A stretch of 64,000 bases of DNA from Burkholderiaceae bacterium (GTDB taxonomy: Bacteria; Pseudomonadota; Gammaproteobacteria; Burkholderiales; Burkholderiaceae_C). Shown here in pieces: positions 47,895-58,865 of the stretch (position 1 is the stretch's first letter; each line of letters opens with the position of its first letter). The notes beneath the pieces are model-generated. The model saw only the letters and a list, made by a program, of their open reading frames with translations. It had not been told where the DNA came from and did not search any database. The stretch spans positions 34,566 to 98,565 of the forward strand of contig JBEBJY010000003.1 in NCBI GenBank assembly GCA_040079635.1. The letters run 5' to 3'. The position numbers were made by a program, and so were the translations under genes.

Positions 47895-49103
47895 TTACTT
47901 AGCTGGCGCTTGAGCTGATAGTGCAGCCTGTGCCAATCGCACAGCTTCGTCAACAAAGCTATAAACCTCAAGCGGTATGCGTCCATTTGGGCCAAGCAAG
48001 GCCTTGTTGCGGTACTGCCCCACGCGCACCACCACGAGTTGCAGCGACGGCACCACAATCACGTACTGACCCTGATGCCCTTGCAAAGAGTAAAACGGGT
48101 GCTTGTAGTTCCAGTCCATCCACAGCGAATGGCCGTAATAAGGTTGCAAATCTGGCTTGCGCATGCGTTCTACAAAGGCTTTATCCAACAACTGTTTACC
48201 GCCCCATTGCCCATCTTGAAGCAGCAACTGACCTAATTTCGCGTAGTCTCTGGCAGTGGCGAAAATGCAGCAGTAGGTGCGCTCCATCCCGCCATCTTCA
48301 CCGGCTCTGTCTAGGGTGTAAATGGCGTCTTGCTCCATACCTAGCGGCTGCCAAAGCGATTGCGATAAATGCTCGCTGACATTAGATTGCGGATTCTTTT
48401 TCTGAATCGCACGCTTCAATATCACGCCTAAAACTTGGGTTGAACCACTGCTGTATTCATATTCGCTACCCGGCTCACGTTCAAAATCTTGACCAAGTAC
48501 GGCTTTTTCAGCGTCCGTGCCAAAGTAAAGGTTGGTGGTGACATTGAATGGCAGCTTGTAGTTTTCTGTCCAATCGTGACCTGCTTTCATGGCTGAAAGC
48601 TGCGATATTGTTGCCTTTGCGCCTCGCGCATTGTTAGCGTATTCTGGCAAAAATTGAGTGATGGGCGCATCAAAACTAGGAATCAAGCCTTGCTGCACTG
48701 CTAAGCCCACTTGCATAGTCGTCACAGTCTTTGCCATTGAAAACGAATTGGTTTTGGAGCTTTCGGTATACGGTGCAAAATAGGTTTCGTGCAGCAACTT
48801 GCCATTTTTGGTAACTACAAATGCTGCAGATTTGTATTGCTGCAGGTAGCTCAGTGTTGAACTGTTCAAGGGTTCTTTGTTAAACGCGGCGTCTTTGTCC
48901 CATGCAAGGGGTTGTGTTGTAGCGATTTTGCGCTGTGCGAAGTTGCCCGCATCGTCAATATGCGCTGTGGAATGCCCTTGCAGATAAGTGGCAGACAGCG
49001 CTTTCCAGAAATAGCCATGCCCTGTGAGCTGAATAGCCAATCCCGCTAAAACGAGAAATCCCAACAAACCCGTTGCAAAGCGTTTGATAAATTTTTTAGC
49101 CAT
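47895..49103 (-). CDS. Membrane-anchored serine hydrolase (beta-lactamase / class C transpeptidase-like family)
   Basis: 402 aa with an N-terminal TM helix, an SxxK motif (SMAK) and a downstream YSSGS / GHQG pattern. Confidence 0.75.
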   Translation of the reverse strand: MAKKFIKRFATGLLGFLVLAGLAIQLTGHGYFWKALSATYLQGHSTAHIDDAGNFAQRKIATTQPLAWDKDAAFNKEPLNSSTLSYLQQYKSAAFVVTKNGKLLHETYFAPYTESSKTNSFSMAKTVTTMQVGLAVQQGLIPSFDAPITQFLPEYANNARGAKATISQLSAMKAGHDWTENYKLPFNVTTNLYFGTDAEKAVLGQDFEREPGSEYEYSSGSTQVLGVILKRAIQKKNPQSNVSEHLSQSLWQPLGMEQDAIYTLDRAGEDGGMERTYCCIFATARDYAKLGQLLLQDGQWGGKQLLDKAFVERMRKPDLQPYYGHSLWMDWNYKHPFYSLQGHQGQYVIVVPSLQLVVVRVGQYRNKALLGPNGRIPLEVYSFVDEAVRLAQAALSAQAPAK

Positions 49104-49146
49104 GTTGGTTCCTTGTCCTATTTTTTGGTTTGATTCTTCGCATCAT

Positions 49147-50862
49147 TTATTTGCTTAGCTTAGCTTTACTCAAAGCATTTTGCGTGATTTGCGCCAAGCT
49201 GCCACGGGTGGAGATCACCTCGGGGTCTAAAGTCACCTCTATCACCGTGCCCTGTGGGCGAGCCAGCGCTGCTAACAGTTCAGCTTCAAACTCGTGCGTA
49301 TGGGTGATTCGCACACCCGCATAGCCGTATGCGCGCGCCAGACCCACAAAGTCGGGGTTACTAAGCTGGGTGCCGCTGACATTTTGCGGATATTCACGCT
49401 CTTGGTGCATGCGTATCGTGCCAAACATGCCGTTGTTGAGCAGCAAGACAATGCTTTTTGCACCTACTTGTGCGGCTGTGGCGAGTTCTTGCCCATTCAT
49501 CATGAAATCACCATCACCCGCGATGGTAAAGGCGATACGTTTGCCGACGATAGCCGCAGCAATACCTGCTGGTACACCGTAGCCCATCGCGCCATTGGTC
49601 GGTGCAAGCTGAGTTTTGAAGCCTTTGGCCAAGCCGTGGTATTTGAAGAAACGGTGCAACCAGCTGGCAAAATTGCCTGCGCCGTTGGTCAGCACAGCAT
49701 CTGCGGGTAAATGTTTTTGCAAGGTGGCGATGATGGCTGGCATGTCAATACTGCCTGGGAGTTGCAGCCCACCGTTGGCGGGGTCGACATTGGCCAGGTA
49801 ATCATCATTGACCTGTTTCGCCCAAGATTGCCACGGCAAAGTGGGTGGTGCAGACAGAACTTCTAGCGACCTAGCTGCCGCACTCATACTGGCATGGATG
49901 GACAGATCAGCCTGATAAACACGGCCCAACTCTTCTGCACTGGCGTGAATGTGCACCAATTTTTGTGTCGATTTAGGCGCTTGCAGCAGCGTGTAGCCAC
50001 CTGTGGTCATTTCCCCCAAACGCGGGCCGATGGCGATGACCAAGTCACTCTGTTTGATACGCGCCGCCAGTTTGGGGTTGATGCCAATGCCCACATCGCC
50101 AGCGTAGAGCGGGTGAAAATTATCAAACGTGTCCTGAAAGCGAAAGGCATTGCCCACCGGCAGCGACCAGTTCTCAGCAAAACGTTGCAAGGCTTGCGCG
50201 GCCTGTACCGTCCAACCGCCACCGCCTGCTATGACGAAGGGACGCTCGGCTTTCAGCAGCATTTCGCGCAAGGTACGCAAGCTTCCAGGGTCGCTCCAAG
50301 CCTCTGCGGGCGTGACTTTGGGCAAAGGCTGTGCATCCACCATCTGCGTTAGCATGTCCTCTGGCAGCACCACAACGACAGGGCCAGGGCGGCCATTCAT
50401 GGCCGTGGCGAAGGCGCGGGCGACGTATTCGGGGATCCGTTTTGGATCGTCAATACGCTCTACCCGCTTGGCCATGCCGCCTGTGGATGGGCCAAAAAAG
50501 CTGAGGTAATTGACCTCTTGGAACGCCTCACGGTCACGCGTGTCACTGGCGACGTCGCCGACAAACAGCACCATAGGCGTGGAATCCTGAAAAGCTGTAT
50601 GCACACCAATCGAAGCATTGGTCGCGCCTGGTCCGCGCGTCACGAAGCACACGGCAGGGCGACCGGTCAATTTGCCCGCAGCCTCAGCCATAAAAGCTGC
50701 ACCGCCTTCTTGCCGGTTAATCACAAATTTGATGTCATCTTTGTAGGCATGAAAACCGTCTAAGACGGCTAAAAAACTCTCTCCGGGAACGCCAAAAGCG
50801 TGCGTCACGCCTTGGGCAACGAGGCATTCGACCAACAAGTGGCCTGCTAATTGTGTTGTCAT
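49147..50862 (-). CDS. Thiamine-diphosphate-dependent enzyme (acetolactate-synthase-like large subunit family)
   Basis: 571 aa with an N-terminal VFGVPGESFL and a C-terminal GDGDFMMNGQEL ThDP-binding motif. Confidence 0.85.
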   Translation of the reverse strand: MTTQLAGHLLVECLVAQGVTHAFGVPGESFLAVLDGFHAYKDDIKFVINRQEGGAAFMAEAAGKLTGRPAVCFVTRGPGATNASIGVHTAFQDSTPMVLFVGDVASDTRDREAFQEVNYLSFFGPSTGGMAKRVERIDDPKRIPEYVARAFATAMNGRPGPVVVVLPEDMLTQMVDAQPLPKVTPAEAWSDPGSLRTLREMLLKAERPFVIAGGGGWTVQAAQALQRFAENWSLPVGNAFRFQDTFDNFHPLYAGDVGIGINPKLAARIKQSDLVIAIGPRLGEMTTGGYTLLQAPKSTQKLVHIHASAEELGRVYQADLSIHASMSAAARSLEVLSAPPTLPWQSWAKQVNDDYLANVDPANGGLQLPGSIDMPAIIATLQKHLPADAVLTNGAGNFASWLHRFFKYHGLAKGFKTQLAPTNGAMGYGVPAGIAAAIVGKRIAFTIAGDGDFMMNGQELATAAQVGAKSIVLLLNNGMFGTIRMHQEREYPQNVSGTQLSNPDFVGLARAYGYAGVRITHTHEFEAELLAALARPQGTVIEVTLDPEVISTRGSLAQITQNALSKAKLSK

Positions 50863-50892
50863 GCTGTCCTGTCACTTATCTATTTTTGATTT

Positions 50893-52173
50893 TTATGCTT
50901 GTTTTGTTGGCGGCATTTTTTGATGTTCTACGCTTCTGGCAAAACCAATGCTGACCAACAGCACAAAAGCCACGGCGTATAGGCAAGCACTGTAAAGCTG
51001 CCGGTCCATCAAGACGCCAAAAATCAAAGGTGCCACAGCAAAGCCCACGTCAAAACCCGAGTAAACCGTACCATACATGCGACCAGATGCGCCCTTGGGC
51101 GTTGCATTTTTAACCATCATGTCGCGGCTGGGGTTGCCAACACCTACTACAAAACCTGTAGCAGCCAATGCAACCATGGTGCCGGTTGCACCTAAAATTC
51201 CAGTTGCACAAAGCACCAGTAAGAGTGAACCAACCGCATAGCAAATCATGATGGCTTTGTCGCTGCTGATGCCTTTTTTAGTTTGGTTTGAGGCAATAAA
51301 ACCCCCGACCAAAATACCCAATGCGCCGCATAACAAATAGGCGGTCAAAGTAAGCGTCGCCATTTCAAAGCTAACGCCATGCAGGGCTTTGAGGATGGGG
51401 ACAGAGAAGCTTTGCACCATCGCCAATGTCACCGTAGAAAGTGCAAAAAAACCAAAACACCACCACACGACTGGGAGCTTTAGAAACGCAAAATCGCTTT
51501 CTTTTTTAATGCCATGTTTGTGGCTGTCATTTTTTGCATCTTGGCGAACCACCTCAGTCAAAAAACTCTCGCGGTTAAGCCACAGAACCAACAAAACTAC
51601 GGCATACAGCAATGCGGCTACCAAATAAGCGTTTCGCCAACCCACCCAGGATGTCAAACCAAGATAAAACAAGGGCGCAAGCGCCCAACCCAGACTGCCT
51701 GAAATGCCGTGGGTGCTGAAAGCATGCCCCAAGCGTGCTGTTGACACGCGCTGGTTCAATATAGTGAAATCGCAGGGGTGAAACGGTGAATTTCCCAAGC
51801 CGGCCAAAACTGCAGCAACAATCAACCAACTGTAGCCTTGGGCTGACGCAGCCACCAGCGCCGCCAATAGAAACACGCCAATGGCAGAAAACAGCACAGG
51901 TCGTGCGCCCACGCGATCTACCCAAAACCCCGACAGGGCTTGCCCGACGCCAGACACAACAAAAAAGACGGTGACCAAGAATCCCAATTGCGAGAAACTC
52001 AGGGCAAACTCTTTTTGAAAAACTGGAAACAAAGGTACCAGCAGCAAGTGCGAGAAATGCGAGATGGCATGCGCCATGCTCACCAAGCCGATGATTTTGG
52101 CATCTTGCCTAAGCGGAATAGGGTCGGGAGCAGGCTTGAAATCAACCGTAGCAGCTAAAGTGTCAGTACTCAT
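50893..52173 (-). CDS. MFS transporter
   Basis: 426 aa with 12 predicted hydrophobic segments and a GFWVDRVGARP loop motif. Confidence 0.85.
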   Translation of the reverse strand: MSTDTLAATVDFKPAPDPIPLRQDAKIIGLVSMAHAISHFSHLLLVPLFPVFQKEFALSFSQLGFLVTVFFVVSGVGQALSGFWVDRVGARPVLFSAIGVFLLAALVAASAQGYSWLIVAAVLAGLGNSPFHPCDFTILNQRVSTARLGHAFSTHGISGSLGWALAPLFYLGLTSWVGWRNAYLVAALLYAVVLLVLWLNRESFLTEVVRQDAKNDSHKHGIKKESDFAFLKLPVVWWCFGFFALSTVTLAMVQSFSVPILKALHGVSFEMATLTLTAYLLCGALGILVGGFIASNQTKKGISSDKAIMICYAVGSLLLVLCATGILGATGTMVALAATGFVVGVGNPSRDMMVKNATPKGASGRMYGTVYSGFDVGFAVAPLIFGVLMDRQLYSACLYAVAFVLLVSIGFARSVEHQKMPPTKQA

Positions 52174-52228
52174 GCCACGATGATAACAAGCCTGCCTAGG
52201 CTGTGCTGTCTCCTAAATATGCACTGAT

Positions 52229-54814
52229 TTATTTGAAAACGAACTGCCCTGGCGCATGAATCGGATCTACGCTCACGGCAATGCTGCTCTTGGGCAAGAA
52301 TTTCCCTTCCAAAATCAACTTGGAAAGTGGGTTTTCAATGCGTTGCTGGATCGCTCGTTTCAACGGACGCGCACCAAACACCGGATCGAACCCAACTTTC
52401 GCCAATTCAGCCAAGGCAGCCGCTGACACATCCAAGGTCAACTCCATCTTATTCAGGCGCGCTTGCAAGATTTTGAGCTGAATGGCGGCGATGGATTGAA
52501 TTTCTTTCACACCCAAGGCATGGAACACAACGGTTTCGTCAATGCGGTTCAAAAACTCGGGGCGGAAATGGTCTTTCAACTCGTCCCATACCGCATCTTT
52601 GATCTCATCGTAGGGCTTGCCAACCATGGCTTGGATTTTGTGCGAACCGATGTTGCTGGTCATCACGATCACGGCGTTTTTGAAGTCCACAGTGCGACCC
52701 TGGCCATCGGTCAAACGGCCATCATCCAACACCTGCAAAAGCACGTTGAACACATCGGGATGGGCTTTTTCAACCTCATCCAGCAAAATAACGCTGTAAG
52801 GTTTACGGCGCACAGCCTCGGTTAAATAACCGCCCTCCTCGTAACCCACATAGCCCGGTGGCGCACCAATCAAACGTGCAACGCTATGCTTTTCCATGAA
52901 CTCGCTCATATCGATACGAATCAAATGGTCTTCAGAGTCAAACAAAAAGCCGGCCAATGCCTTGCACAGCTCGGTTTTACCCACACCGGTAGGGCCAAGG
53001 AATAAGAACGAGCCGGTTGGGCGGTTCGGGTCAGACAAGCCAGCACGCGAACGGCGAATCGCATTCGCCACAGCGGTGATCGCTTCTTCTTGACCCACCA
53101 CACGGTCATGCAGTTTGACTTCCATTTGCAAGAGCTTGTCGCGCTCACCTTGCATGAGTTTGCTCACCGGGATGCCCGTCGCACGAGCCACAACTTCGGC
53201 GATTTCTTCTGCGCCGACCTGCGTACGTAACAACCTAGGTGCGGAGCCGCCACCTTTTTCTTCGACCGCTTGAGCTTCCTTCAATCGCTTTTCCAACTCA
53301 GGCAACTTGCCGTATTGCAGCTCGGCCACCTTGTTGAAATCGCCTTTGCGCTTCAGATCTTCGATCTGGAATTTGACCTTCTCCATGTCTTCCATGACCG
53401 TTTTAGAGCCCTGCGCCTGCGCTTTTTCAGCCTGCCAGATTTCGTCCAGGTCAGAAATCTCCTTTTGCAAGGTCAGAATTTCCTCTTCAATCAAACCCAA
53501 ACGTTTTTGCGAAGCTTCGTCTTTTTCGCGCTTCACGGCTTCGCGTTCGATTTGCAGCTGAATCAAACGGCGGTCCAGTTTATCCATCACCTCGGGTTTG
53601 GAATCGAGCTCGATCTTGATTTTGGACGCAGCTTCGTCAATCAAGTCAATAGCTTTATCAGGCAAAAAACGGTCTGTAATGTAACGGTGGCTCAGTTCAG
53701 CGGCAGCCACAATGGCGGGGTCGGTGATTTGCACGCCGTGATGCACTTCGTATTTCTCTTGCAAACCACGCAAAATGGCAATCGTCGCTTCTACGGTCGG
53801 CTCTCCTACCAAGATTTTCTGGAAACGACGTTCCAAAGCTGCGTCTTTTTCGATGTATTTGCGATATTCGTCTAAGGTTGTAGCGCCCACGCAATGCAAT
53901 TCACCTCGCGCCAAGGCAGGTTTGAGCATATTGCCTGCGTCCATCGCGCCCTCAGCTTTACCCGCACCGACCATCGTGTGCAATTCGTCAATAAAGACGA
54001 TCGTTTGACCTTCGTCTTTGGCTAAATCTTTCAGCACCGTTTTCAGGCGCTCCTCAAACTCGCCACGGAATTTAGCACCTGCCAACAGCGCGGCCATGTC
54101 CAAGCTCAATACCCGTTTGCCTTTGAGCGATTCTGGCACTTCGCCCGCAACAATACGCTGCGCTAAGCCCTCAACAATGGCGGTTTTGCCAACGCCAGGT
54201 TCACCAATCAGCACAGGGTTGTTTTTTGTACGACGTTGCAAGACTTGAATGGCACGGCGGATTTCATCATCACGACCAATCACCGGATCTAACTTGCCCA
54301 TACGGGCGCGCTCAGTAAGATCAACGCAGTATTTTTTGAGCGATTCACGCTGATCTTCTGCATCGGCGCTATCCATATTTTGACCACCGCGCACAGCGTC
54401 GATGGCGAACTCCAGCGATTTGCGGTTCATGCCGTTGGCTTTGGCCAACTTGCCCAAGTCGCCCTTGAAATCGCACAAAGCGAGCAGAAACAACTCGCTA
54501 GCGACAAACTGGTCACCCCGTTTCATAGCTTCTTTTTCGGTACTTTGCAGCAGACTGAGCAAATCGCGCCCCGGTTGCACCAGCTCCTGCCCTTGTACTT
54601 GCGGCAGCTTTTTAATCTGCTCATCCGTACCCGACAGCAAAGCCGTCACATTGACTCCCGCACGCTGCAACAGTGCTTTAGGCCCTTCGTCTTGGCGCAG
54701 CATTGCCGACAACAAGTGTGCTGGCTCAATGTAAGGATGATCCTGCCCCACGGCCAAGCTCTGCGCCTCGCTCAAGGCTTCTTGAAATTTAGTGGTTAGT
54801 TTGTCAGCACGCAT
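52229..54814 (-). CDS. clpB: ATP-dependent chaperone/disaggregase ClpB
   Basis: 861 aa with two AAA+ modules ([15 protein letters not shown]; [15 protein letters not shown]) and the coiled-coil middle domain. Confidence 0.97.
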   Translation of the reverse strand: MRADKLTTKFQEALSEAQSLAVGQDHPYIEPAHLLSAMLRQDEGPKALLQRAGVNVTALLSGTDEQIKKLPQVQGQELVQPGRDLLSLLQSTEKEAMKRGDQFVASELFLLALCDFKGDLGKLAKANGMNRKSLEFAIDAVRGGQNMDSADAEDQRESLKKYCVDLTERARMGKLDPVIGRDDEIRRAIQVLQRRTKNNPVLIGEPGVGKTAIVEGLAQRIVAGEVPESLKGKRVLSLDMAALLAGAKFRGEFEERLKTVLKDLAKDEGQTIVFIDELHTMVGAGKAEGAMDAGNMLKPALARGELHCVGATTLDEYRKYIEKDAALERRFQKILVGEPTVEATIAILRGLQEKYEVHHGVQITDPAIVAAAELSHRYITDRFLPDKAIDLIDEAASKIKIELDSKPEVMDKLDRRLIQLQIEREAVKREKDEASQKRLGLIEEEILTLQKEISDLDEIWQAEKAQAQGSKTVMEDMEKVKFQIEDLKRKGDFNKVAELQYGKLPELEKRLKEAQAVEEKGGGSAPRLLRTQVGAEEIAEVVARATGIPVSKLMQGERDKLLQMEVKLHDRVVGQEEAITAVANAIRRSRAGLSDPNRPTGSFLFLGPTGVGKTELCKALAGFLFDSEDHLIRIDMSEFMEKHSVARLIGAPPGYVGYEEGGYLTEAVRRKPYSVILLDEVEKAHPDVFNVLLQVLDDGRLTDGQGRTVDFKNAVIVMTSNIGSHKIQAMVGKPYDEIKDAVWDELKDHFRPEFLNRIDETVVFHALGVKEIQSIAAIQLKILQARLNKMELTLDVSAAALAELAKVGFDPVFGARPLKRAIQQRIENPLSKLILEGKFLPKSSIAVSVDPIHAPGQFVFK

Positions 54815-54862
54815 GGTGTAAATCCTGAAAGAGTGTCCTGAAAATGTTCTGAATTACATCCT

Positions 54863-54890
54863 AATTAAGGATAAACCCGTAAATTTCAAG
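54863..54890 (-). promoter_or_regulatory. Candidate sigma-32 (RpoH) heat-shock promoter of clpB
   Basis: The minus strand reads CTTGAAA-N13-CCTTAATT, compared with the E. coli sigma-32 consensus CTTGAAA-N13-17-CCCCATNT. It lies about 50-75 nt upstream of the clpB ATG. Confidence 0.35.
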
Positions 54891-54944
54891 ATTAGCGCTT
54901 TTGACTTAGATCATGTGTAGGACAAAGACGTCCAAATATTCAAA

Positions 54945-56249
54945 TCACGGTGCTTTTTCAATTTCTGACGAAAATAGTGAGAATCCAGCGATTTTTTTGT
55001 AGTTCTCAGAAATTGCGCTCAATTCCTTTTGGCTGATAACATCATCAATATGACGAAACGGTTTGTCGCCAGCAAGTTCGTCAACCTTAATGTTGATGAA
55101 GTCAGGTGGCAAACTGCGGTTGGTTTGCACAATACGTGATGTTATTTCGCGGCGTTTGACTTCGTAACTTTGCAGTGAGGCAAGTGGGTCAGATTGGTGC
55201 GCCAGCTCGGTGGCCAGCGTACGCGCATCTATCAACGCCTGCGCCGAACCATTAGAGCCGCGCGGGTACATGGGGTGCGCAGCATCTCCCATCAAAGTAA
55301 CTCGACCAAATGTCCATTGTGCAATCGGGTCTTTGTCCACCATGGGGTATTCCAGCACTTGGTCAGCGTTGCGAATCAATGCTGGCACATCTAACCAATC
55401 AAACTGCCAATCTTTGAAGATGGATATGAAGTGTTCAATCTTGCCGCCGCTGTTCCAGTCGTTCATATCGCGGCTATCGCCTTCGATTTCGGCCATCCAG
55501 TTGATGAGTTGATTACCATCGCCGTCAATGTCGTCAACAATCGGGTAAATCACCATTTTGCCGGTTTTGATGGAACCGATCCGCATATAACTCTTGCCCG
55601 TCAAGATCGGCTTATGGCGTGTTACGCCGCGCCACGTGTTGATATCCGCAAAAGCGAGTTTGTCGTTAGGGTAAAACTGTTTACGGATGGCAGAATGAAT
55701 GCCATCACAAGCGATCACAATATCTGCTCGCACTGATGGTAACTGTGCGCCATCGGAGCCTTGTACAAAATTCACCATTGCACCCGCGCTGTCTTGCGTC
55801 ACGCCGACACAGCGGTGGTTGGTATGAACGCGATCAGCACCCAAGCGCTTAACAACGGCATCAAACAAAATACGGTGTAACTTACCACGGTGAATGCCAA
55901 GTTCAGGCACGGCATACCCAGCGTGTCTGCCACGCGGTTCTTTGTAGATAAATTGGCCAAAACGATTGAAGAAAACGCTTTCTAAATTTTCAATGCTAAC
56001 GGCTTCAAGCTCAGCCTGCAAACCTAACCCCGCTAACTCACGCATGGCATGTGGCAGCAATGTGATGCCAACGCCTAGCTCCTTTACGTCTGGCACCGAT
56101 TCATACACATCGCAAAGCAAACCTTGTTGATGTAATGCCAGTGCAAAACCTAAGCCAGCTATGCCGCCACCGACGACTGCAATTCGAAAACTTTGAGGCA
56201 TCTGATGTACGTTATAGGGGTTCAAAATTTCACTCTGCTGTGATGCCAT
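54945..56249 (-). CDS. FAD-dependent monooxygenase (salicylate / 3-hydroxybenzoate hydroxylase-like)
   Basis: Motifs VVGGGIAGLG, ACDGIHSAIR and GDAAHPMYPRGSNGSAQALIDA. An alternative start at 56201 (MPQSFRIAVVGGG) would remove the 20-nt overlap with the upstream gene. Confidence 0.8.
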   Translation of the reverse strand: MASQQSEILNPYNVHQMPQSFRIAVVGGGIAGLGFALALHQQGLLCDVYESVPDVKELGVGITLLPHAMRELAGLGLQAELEAVSIENLESVFFNRFGQFIYKEPRGRHAGYAVPELGIHRGKLHRILFDAVVKRLGADRVHTNHRCVGVTQDSAGAMVNFVQGSDGAQLPSVRADIVIACDGIHSAIRKQFYPNDKLAFADINTWRGVTRHKPILTGKSYMRIGSIKTGKMVIYPIVDDIDGDGNQLINWMAEIEGDSRDMNDWNSGGKIEHFISIFKDWQFDWLDVPALIRNADQVLEYPMVDKDPIAQWTFGRVTLMGDAAHPMYPRGSNGSAQALIDARTLATELAHQSDPLASLQSYEVKRREITSRIVQTNRSLPPDFINIKVDELAGDKPFRHIDDVISQKELSAISENYKKIAGFSLFSSEIEKAP

Positions 56250-57198
56250 TGCGTCGAATCACTTCGCCCCAGCGCGGATAGTCCTTGTTGACAAGTTGAG
56301 TCAATTCGTCTGTTGTTGAGGCACTTGCATCCATGCCTGCACGCTTGAGTAAATCAAAGATTTCAGGCTGTTTGATAATCGCTGAAATTTCGCTGTTTAA
56401 ACGATTGACGACGGGTGCAGCAGTTTTGCTAGGTGCAAAAAAAGCATACCAAAGATCGACCTCAATGTCTTTGATACCCATTTCACCAAATGTCGCCACA
56501 TTTGGCGCAACGGGGTGACGCTTTGGACTGCCCACTGCAAGCGCATTGAGCTTGCCTGCACTCACAAATCCTTGCGCAATATGCACAGGCAAAAAACCCA
56601 CCATGATTTCACCCGACAAAATATCTTGTGTGTAACCCGCAGTGCCGCGGTAAGGCACATGCAGCATAAAAAGATTTGTTTTTGCCTTGAACAGCTCCAT
56701 CGCCATATGGTGTGGTGTGCCAATGCCTGGCGAGCCAAAATTGATAAAACCTGGTTTTGCCTTAGCTTGACTCACCAAATCGTTCACTGTTTTGATGCCC
56801 GTTTTAGGGTTGCTCACCAGCATCAAAGTGCCCCAAGCTGCAAGCGACACCGATGAAAAATCTTTGGTTGGATTAAATGGCACGTTTTTATACAGCTGCG
56901 ACGCCATCAGCATGGTGTTCGCGCCCATCAGCACGGTATAGCCGTCAGGGCTGGCTTTGGCCACAACATCGGCACCGATATTGCCACTCGCACCGGCCAT
57001 GTTTTGTACGATGACGGGCTGTCCAAGCTTGTCACTCAGCTTAGGCGCAACGGCGCGTGCAATCGTGTCCATACCCGTCCCAGCGGTGAATGGCACAATG
57101 ATTTTGATGGATTGTGTCGGCCAAGTTTGAGCATGCGATACCCACGCGGTCAATCCCAACGCACCCAAGACTGCTAGTTTCAATACATTGTTTTTCAT
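56230..57198 (-). CDS. Bug/TctC-family periplasmic binding protein
   Basis: I chose the start at MKNNVLKLAVLGALG (57198). It has a signal peptide and a VPYRGTAG motif. Confidence 0.85.
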   Translation of the reverse strand: MKNNVLKLAVLGALGLTAWVSHAQTWPTQSIKIIVPFTAGTGMDTIARAVAPKLSDKLGQPVIVQNMAGASGNIGADVVAKASPDGYTVLMGANTMLMASQLYKNVPFNPTKDFSSVSLAAWGTLMLVSNPKTGIKTVNDLVSQAKAKPGFINFGSPGIGTPHHMAMELFKAKTNLFMLHVPYRGTAGYTQDILSGEIMVGFLPVHIAQGFVSAGKLNALAVGSPKRHPVAPNVATFGEMGIKDIEVDLWYAFFAPSKTAAPVVNRLNSEISAIIKQPEIFDLLKRAGMDASASTTDELTQLVNKDYPRWGEVIRRNGITAE

Positions 57199-57228
57199 GA
57201 AGTTACCTCTAAGCACTTTAAAAGCTCT

Positions 57229-58266
57229 TTAAATGTTGATTTTAAAAACACGTTGCGCATTGGTCTGAAAAAACTTCTTCTTGTCTTCATCACTCATTTG
57301 CATATTGTCCATGACAGCAACTTCATCTACGGCGTATTGGTACGGATAATCCATCGCGTACATCACACGGTCAACCCCTATGACAGATTGTGTGAATTTA
57401 ATCGCAGGCTCCCACGCCACACCGCTGTTGGTAATGATGAAGTTTTCTTTCAAATAATCGCTGGGTTTTTTACGCAGTGGCTTGATGCTGTCGTAACGCT
57501 GTGATTTCACCGTCGCTTGGTGCATGTAATCTAATCGATAGGCCCAAAACGGCAGCGCCTCACCCATGTGGCCAATGATCATTTGCAGCTTGGGGAAACG
57601 GTCAAAGACGCCCGAGGTGATGATGCGCAGTGCATGCAAACCCGTCTCCACCCCAAAACCATAAATCGCACCATCTAAACCGCACTCTTGAAACGGAGCG
57701 ATCATATTTCTGGGGAGTGAATTTGGGTGCAAATAAATTGGGACATCATGCGCTTCGGCCGCCGCAAAAATATCCCAAAATTTAGAGTCTGACAAATATT
57801 CGCCCTGCGTGTGTGAGTTGATGATGACCGAATGCATGCTCAGCTTACTCACGCCCCGCTCAATCTCTTTTGCAGCAGCGACAGGGTCTTGCGGTGCGAC
57901 GGCTATCATTCCCGTAAAACGCGTTGGATGTCTTCGCACCGCCTCTGCTAATTGGTCATTCGCTAATTGGCTGAACGACACAGCCGTTGCCTTGTCCATC
58001 ACCTGCACGCCAGGCGCAGTCAACGCGATGACTTGGTGGTCAATCCCCGCCTCGTCCATGTGTTGAAGCCGCTCTTGATCTAAATCGGTCAAGCAGCGCA
58101 TGATGTGTGTGGCACGAGCACTCGGACTGCTCATGTAAAAACCCATCAAGCCTTTGAAACCAGGGTCCACGTCGTCTTTCGCAAGAATCTTACGGTAGAT
58201 GTCCAACATCTCTGGTGGCGCAAATGCCTCCTCAGTGGCAATTCGTAAATAAGGAGTTTTGTGCAT
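57229..58266 (-). CDS. Amidohydrolase-2 family non-oxidative aromatic-acid decarboxylase (ACMSD/LigW/gamma-resorcylate decarboxylase-like)
   Basis: 345 aa with YLRIATEEAF, INSHTQG, GHMGEALPFW and YAMDYPYQ motifs. From memory it most resembles LigW (5-carboxyvanillate decarboxylase). Confidence 0.65.
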   Translation of the reverse strand: MHKTPYLRIATEEAFAPPEMLDIYRKILAKDDVDPGFKGLMGFYMSSPSARATHIMRCLTDLDQERLQHMDEAGIDHQVIALTAPGVQVMDKATAVSFSQLANDQLAEAVRRHPTRFTGMIAVAPQDPVAAAKEIERGVSKLSMHSVIINSHTQGEYLSDSKFWDIFAAAEAHDVPIYLHPNSLPRNMIAPFQECGLDGAIYGFGVETGLHALRIITSGVFDRFPKLQMIIGHMGEALPFWAYRLDYMHQATVKSQRYDSIKPLRKKPSDYLKENFIITNSGVAWEPAIKFTQSVIGVDRVMYAMDYPYQYAVDEVAVMDNMQMSDEDKKKFFQTNAQRVFKINI

Positions 58267-58378
58267 GGCTTTTCGTTTAAATTTTAGGTTGCATGCTAAC
58301 TATTATTAAGCGGTTATTTTTCTATCGCCATTCATGTTTTCCCTTAGACTATGCTTTTAGCTCCTTATAAAAACAACC

Positions 58379-58855
58379 GTGCCAGCTTTACACAATCTTT
58401 CTCAGCTTTACGCTCGTCCTGGTTTCCTTTTGCGCAGAGCACATCAAATCTCTACGGCTGTTTTTGAAGACGAATGTAAGAGCGTTGCGCTCACGCCTGC
58501 TCAATTTGGTGTGCTGTGCGTTCTGCAAGCCAGCCCGGGCTTAGACCAATCGTCTTTGGGCAGAGCGCTTGGGTTTGACAAAGTCACTGTCATGCGCGTG
58601 ATGCGCGGCCTAGAATCGCGCGGGTTAATTGCCCGTGTCTATGCTGTTTCAAACCTCCGCAACCTGTCCATCACACTAACCGAGGCTGGAAAAGATTTAC
58701 TCATACAGACCCAAGAACCTGCTGAACACGCTTATAAACGTCTAATGGCACCGCTCAACCCTGAACAGCGCGAGCAACTCGTCAGCTTGTTACAGCTTCT
58801 AACCACAGGTCTGGAAGGCGAAGCGCGGGCAGCATTTGTGCCGCCTGCTAAATAA
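58379..58855 (+). CDS. MarR-family transcriptional regulator, divergent from the decarboxylase operon
   Basis: 158 aa with a MarR wHTH (LTPAQFGVLCVLQASPGLDQSSLGRALGFDKVTVMRVMRGLESRGLI). The start codon is GTG. Confidence 0.8.
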   Translation: MPALHNLSQLYARPGFLLRRAHQISTAVFEDECKSVALTPAQFGVLCVLQASPGLDQSSLGRALGFDKVTVMRVMRGLESRGLIARVYAVSNLRNLSITLTEAGKDLLIQTQEPAEHAYKRLMAPLNPEQREQLVSLLQLLTTGLEGEARAAFVPPAK

Positions 58856-58865
58856 GTAGAACGCC

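Noticed and set aside
51262-51312. Possible decayed element copies in the MFS gene (tttattgcct / aggcaataaa), after livF (12052-12090, ttttgtagctctatcaggcc...), upstream of the liv operon (7236-7268, acttaggattcttaatgcg) and in otnI (about 23075-23100).
   Set aside because: Identity to the consensus is only about 60-65 percent by eye. I cannot distinguish this from chance without a profile search, so they are not counted among the 14 copies.
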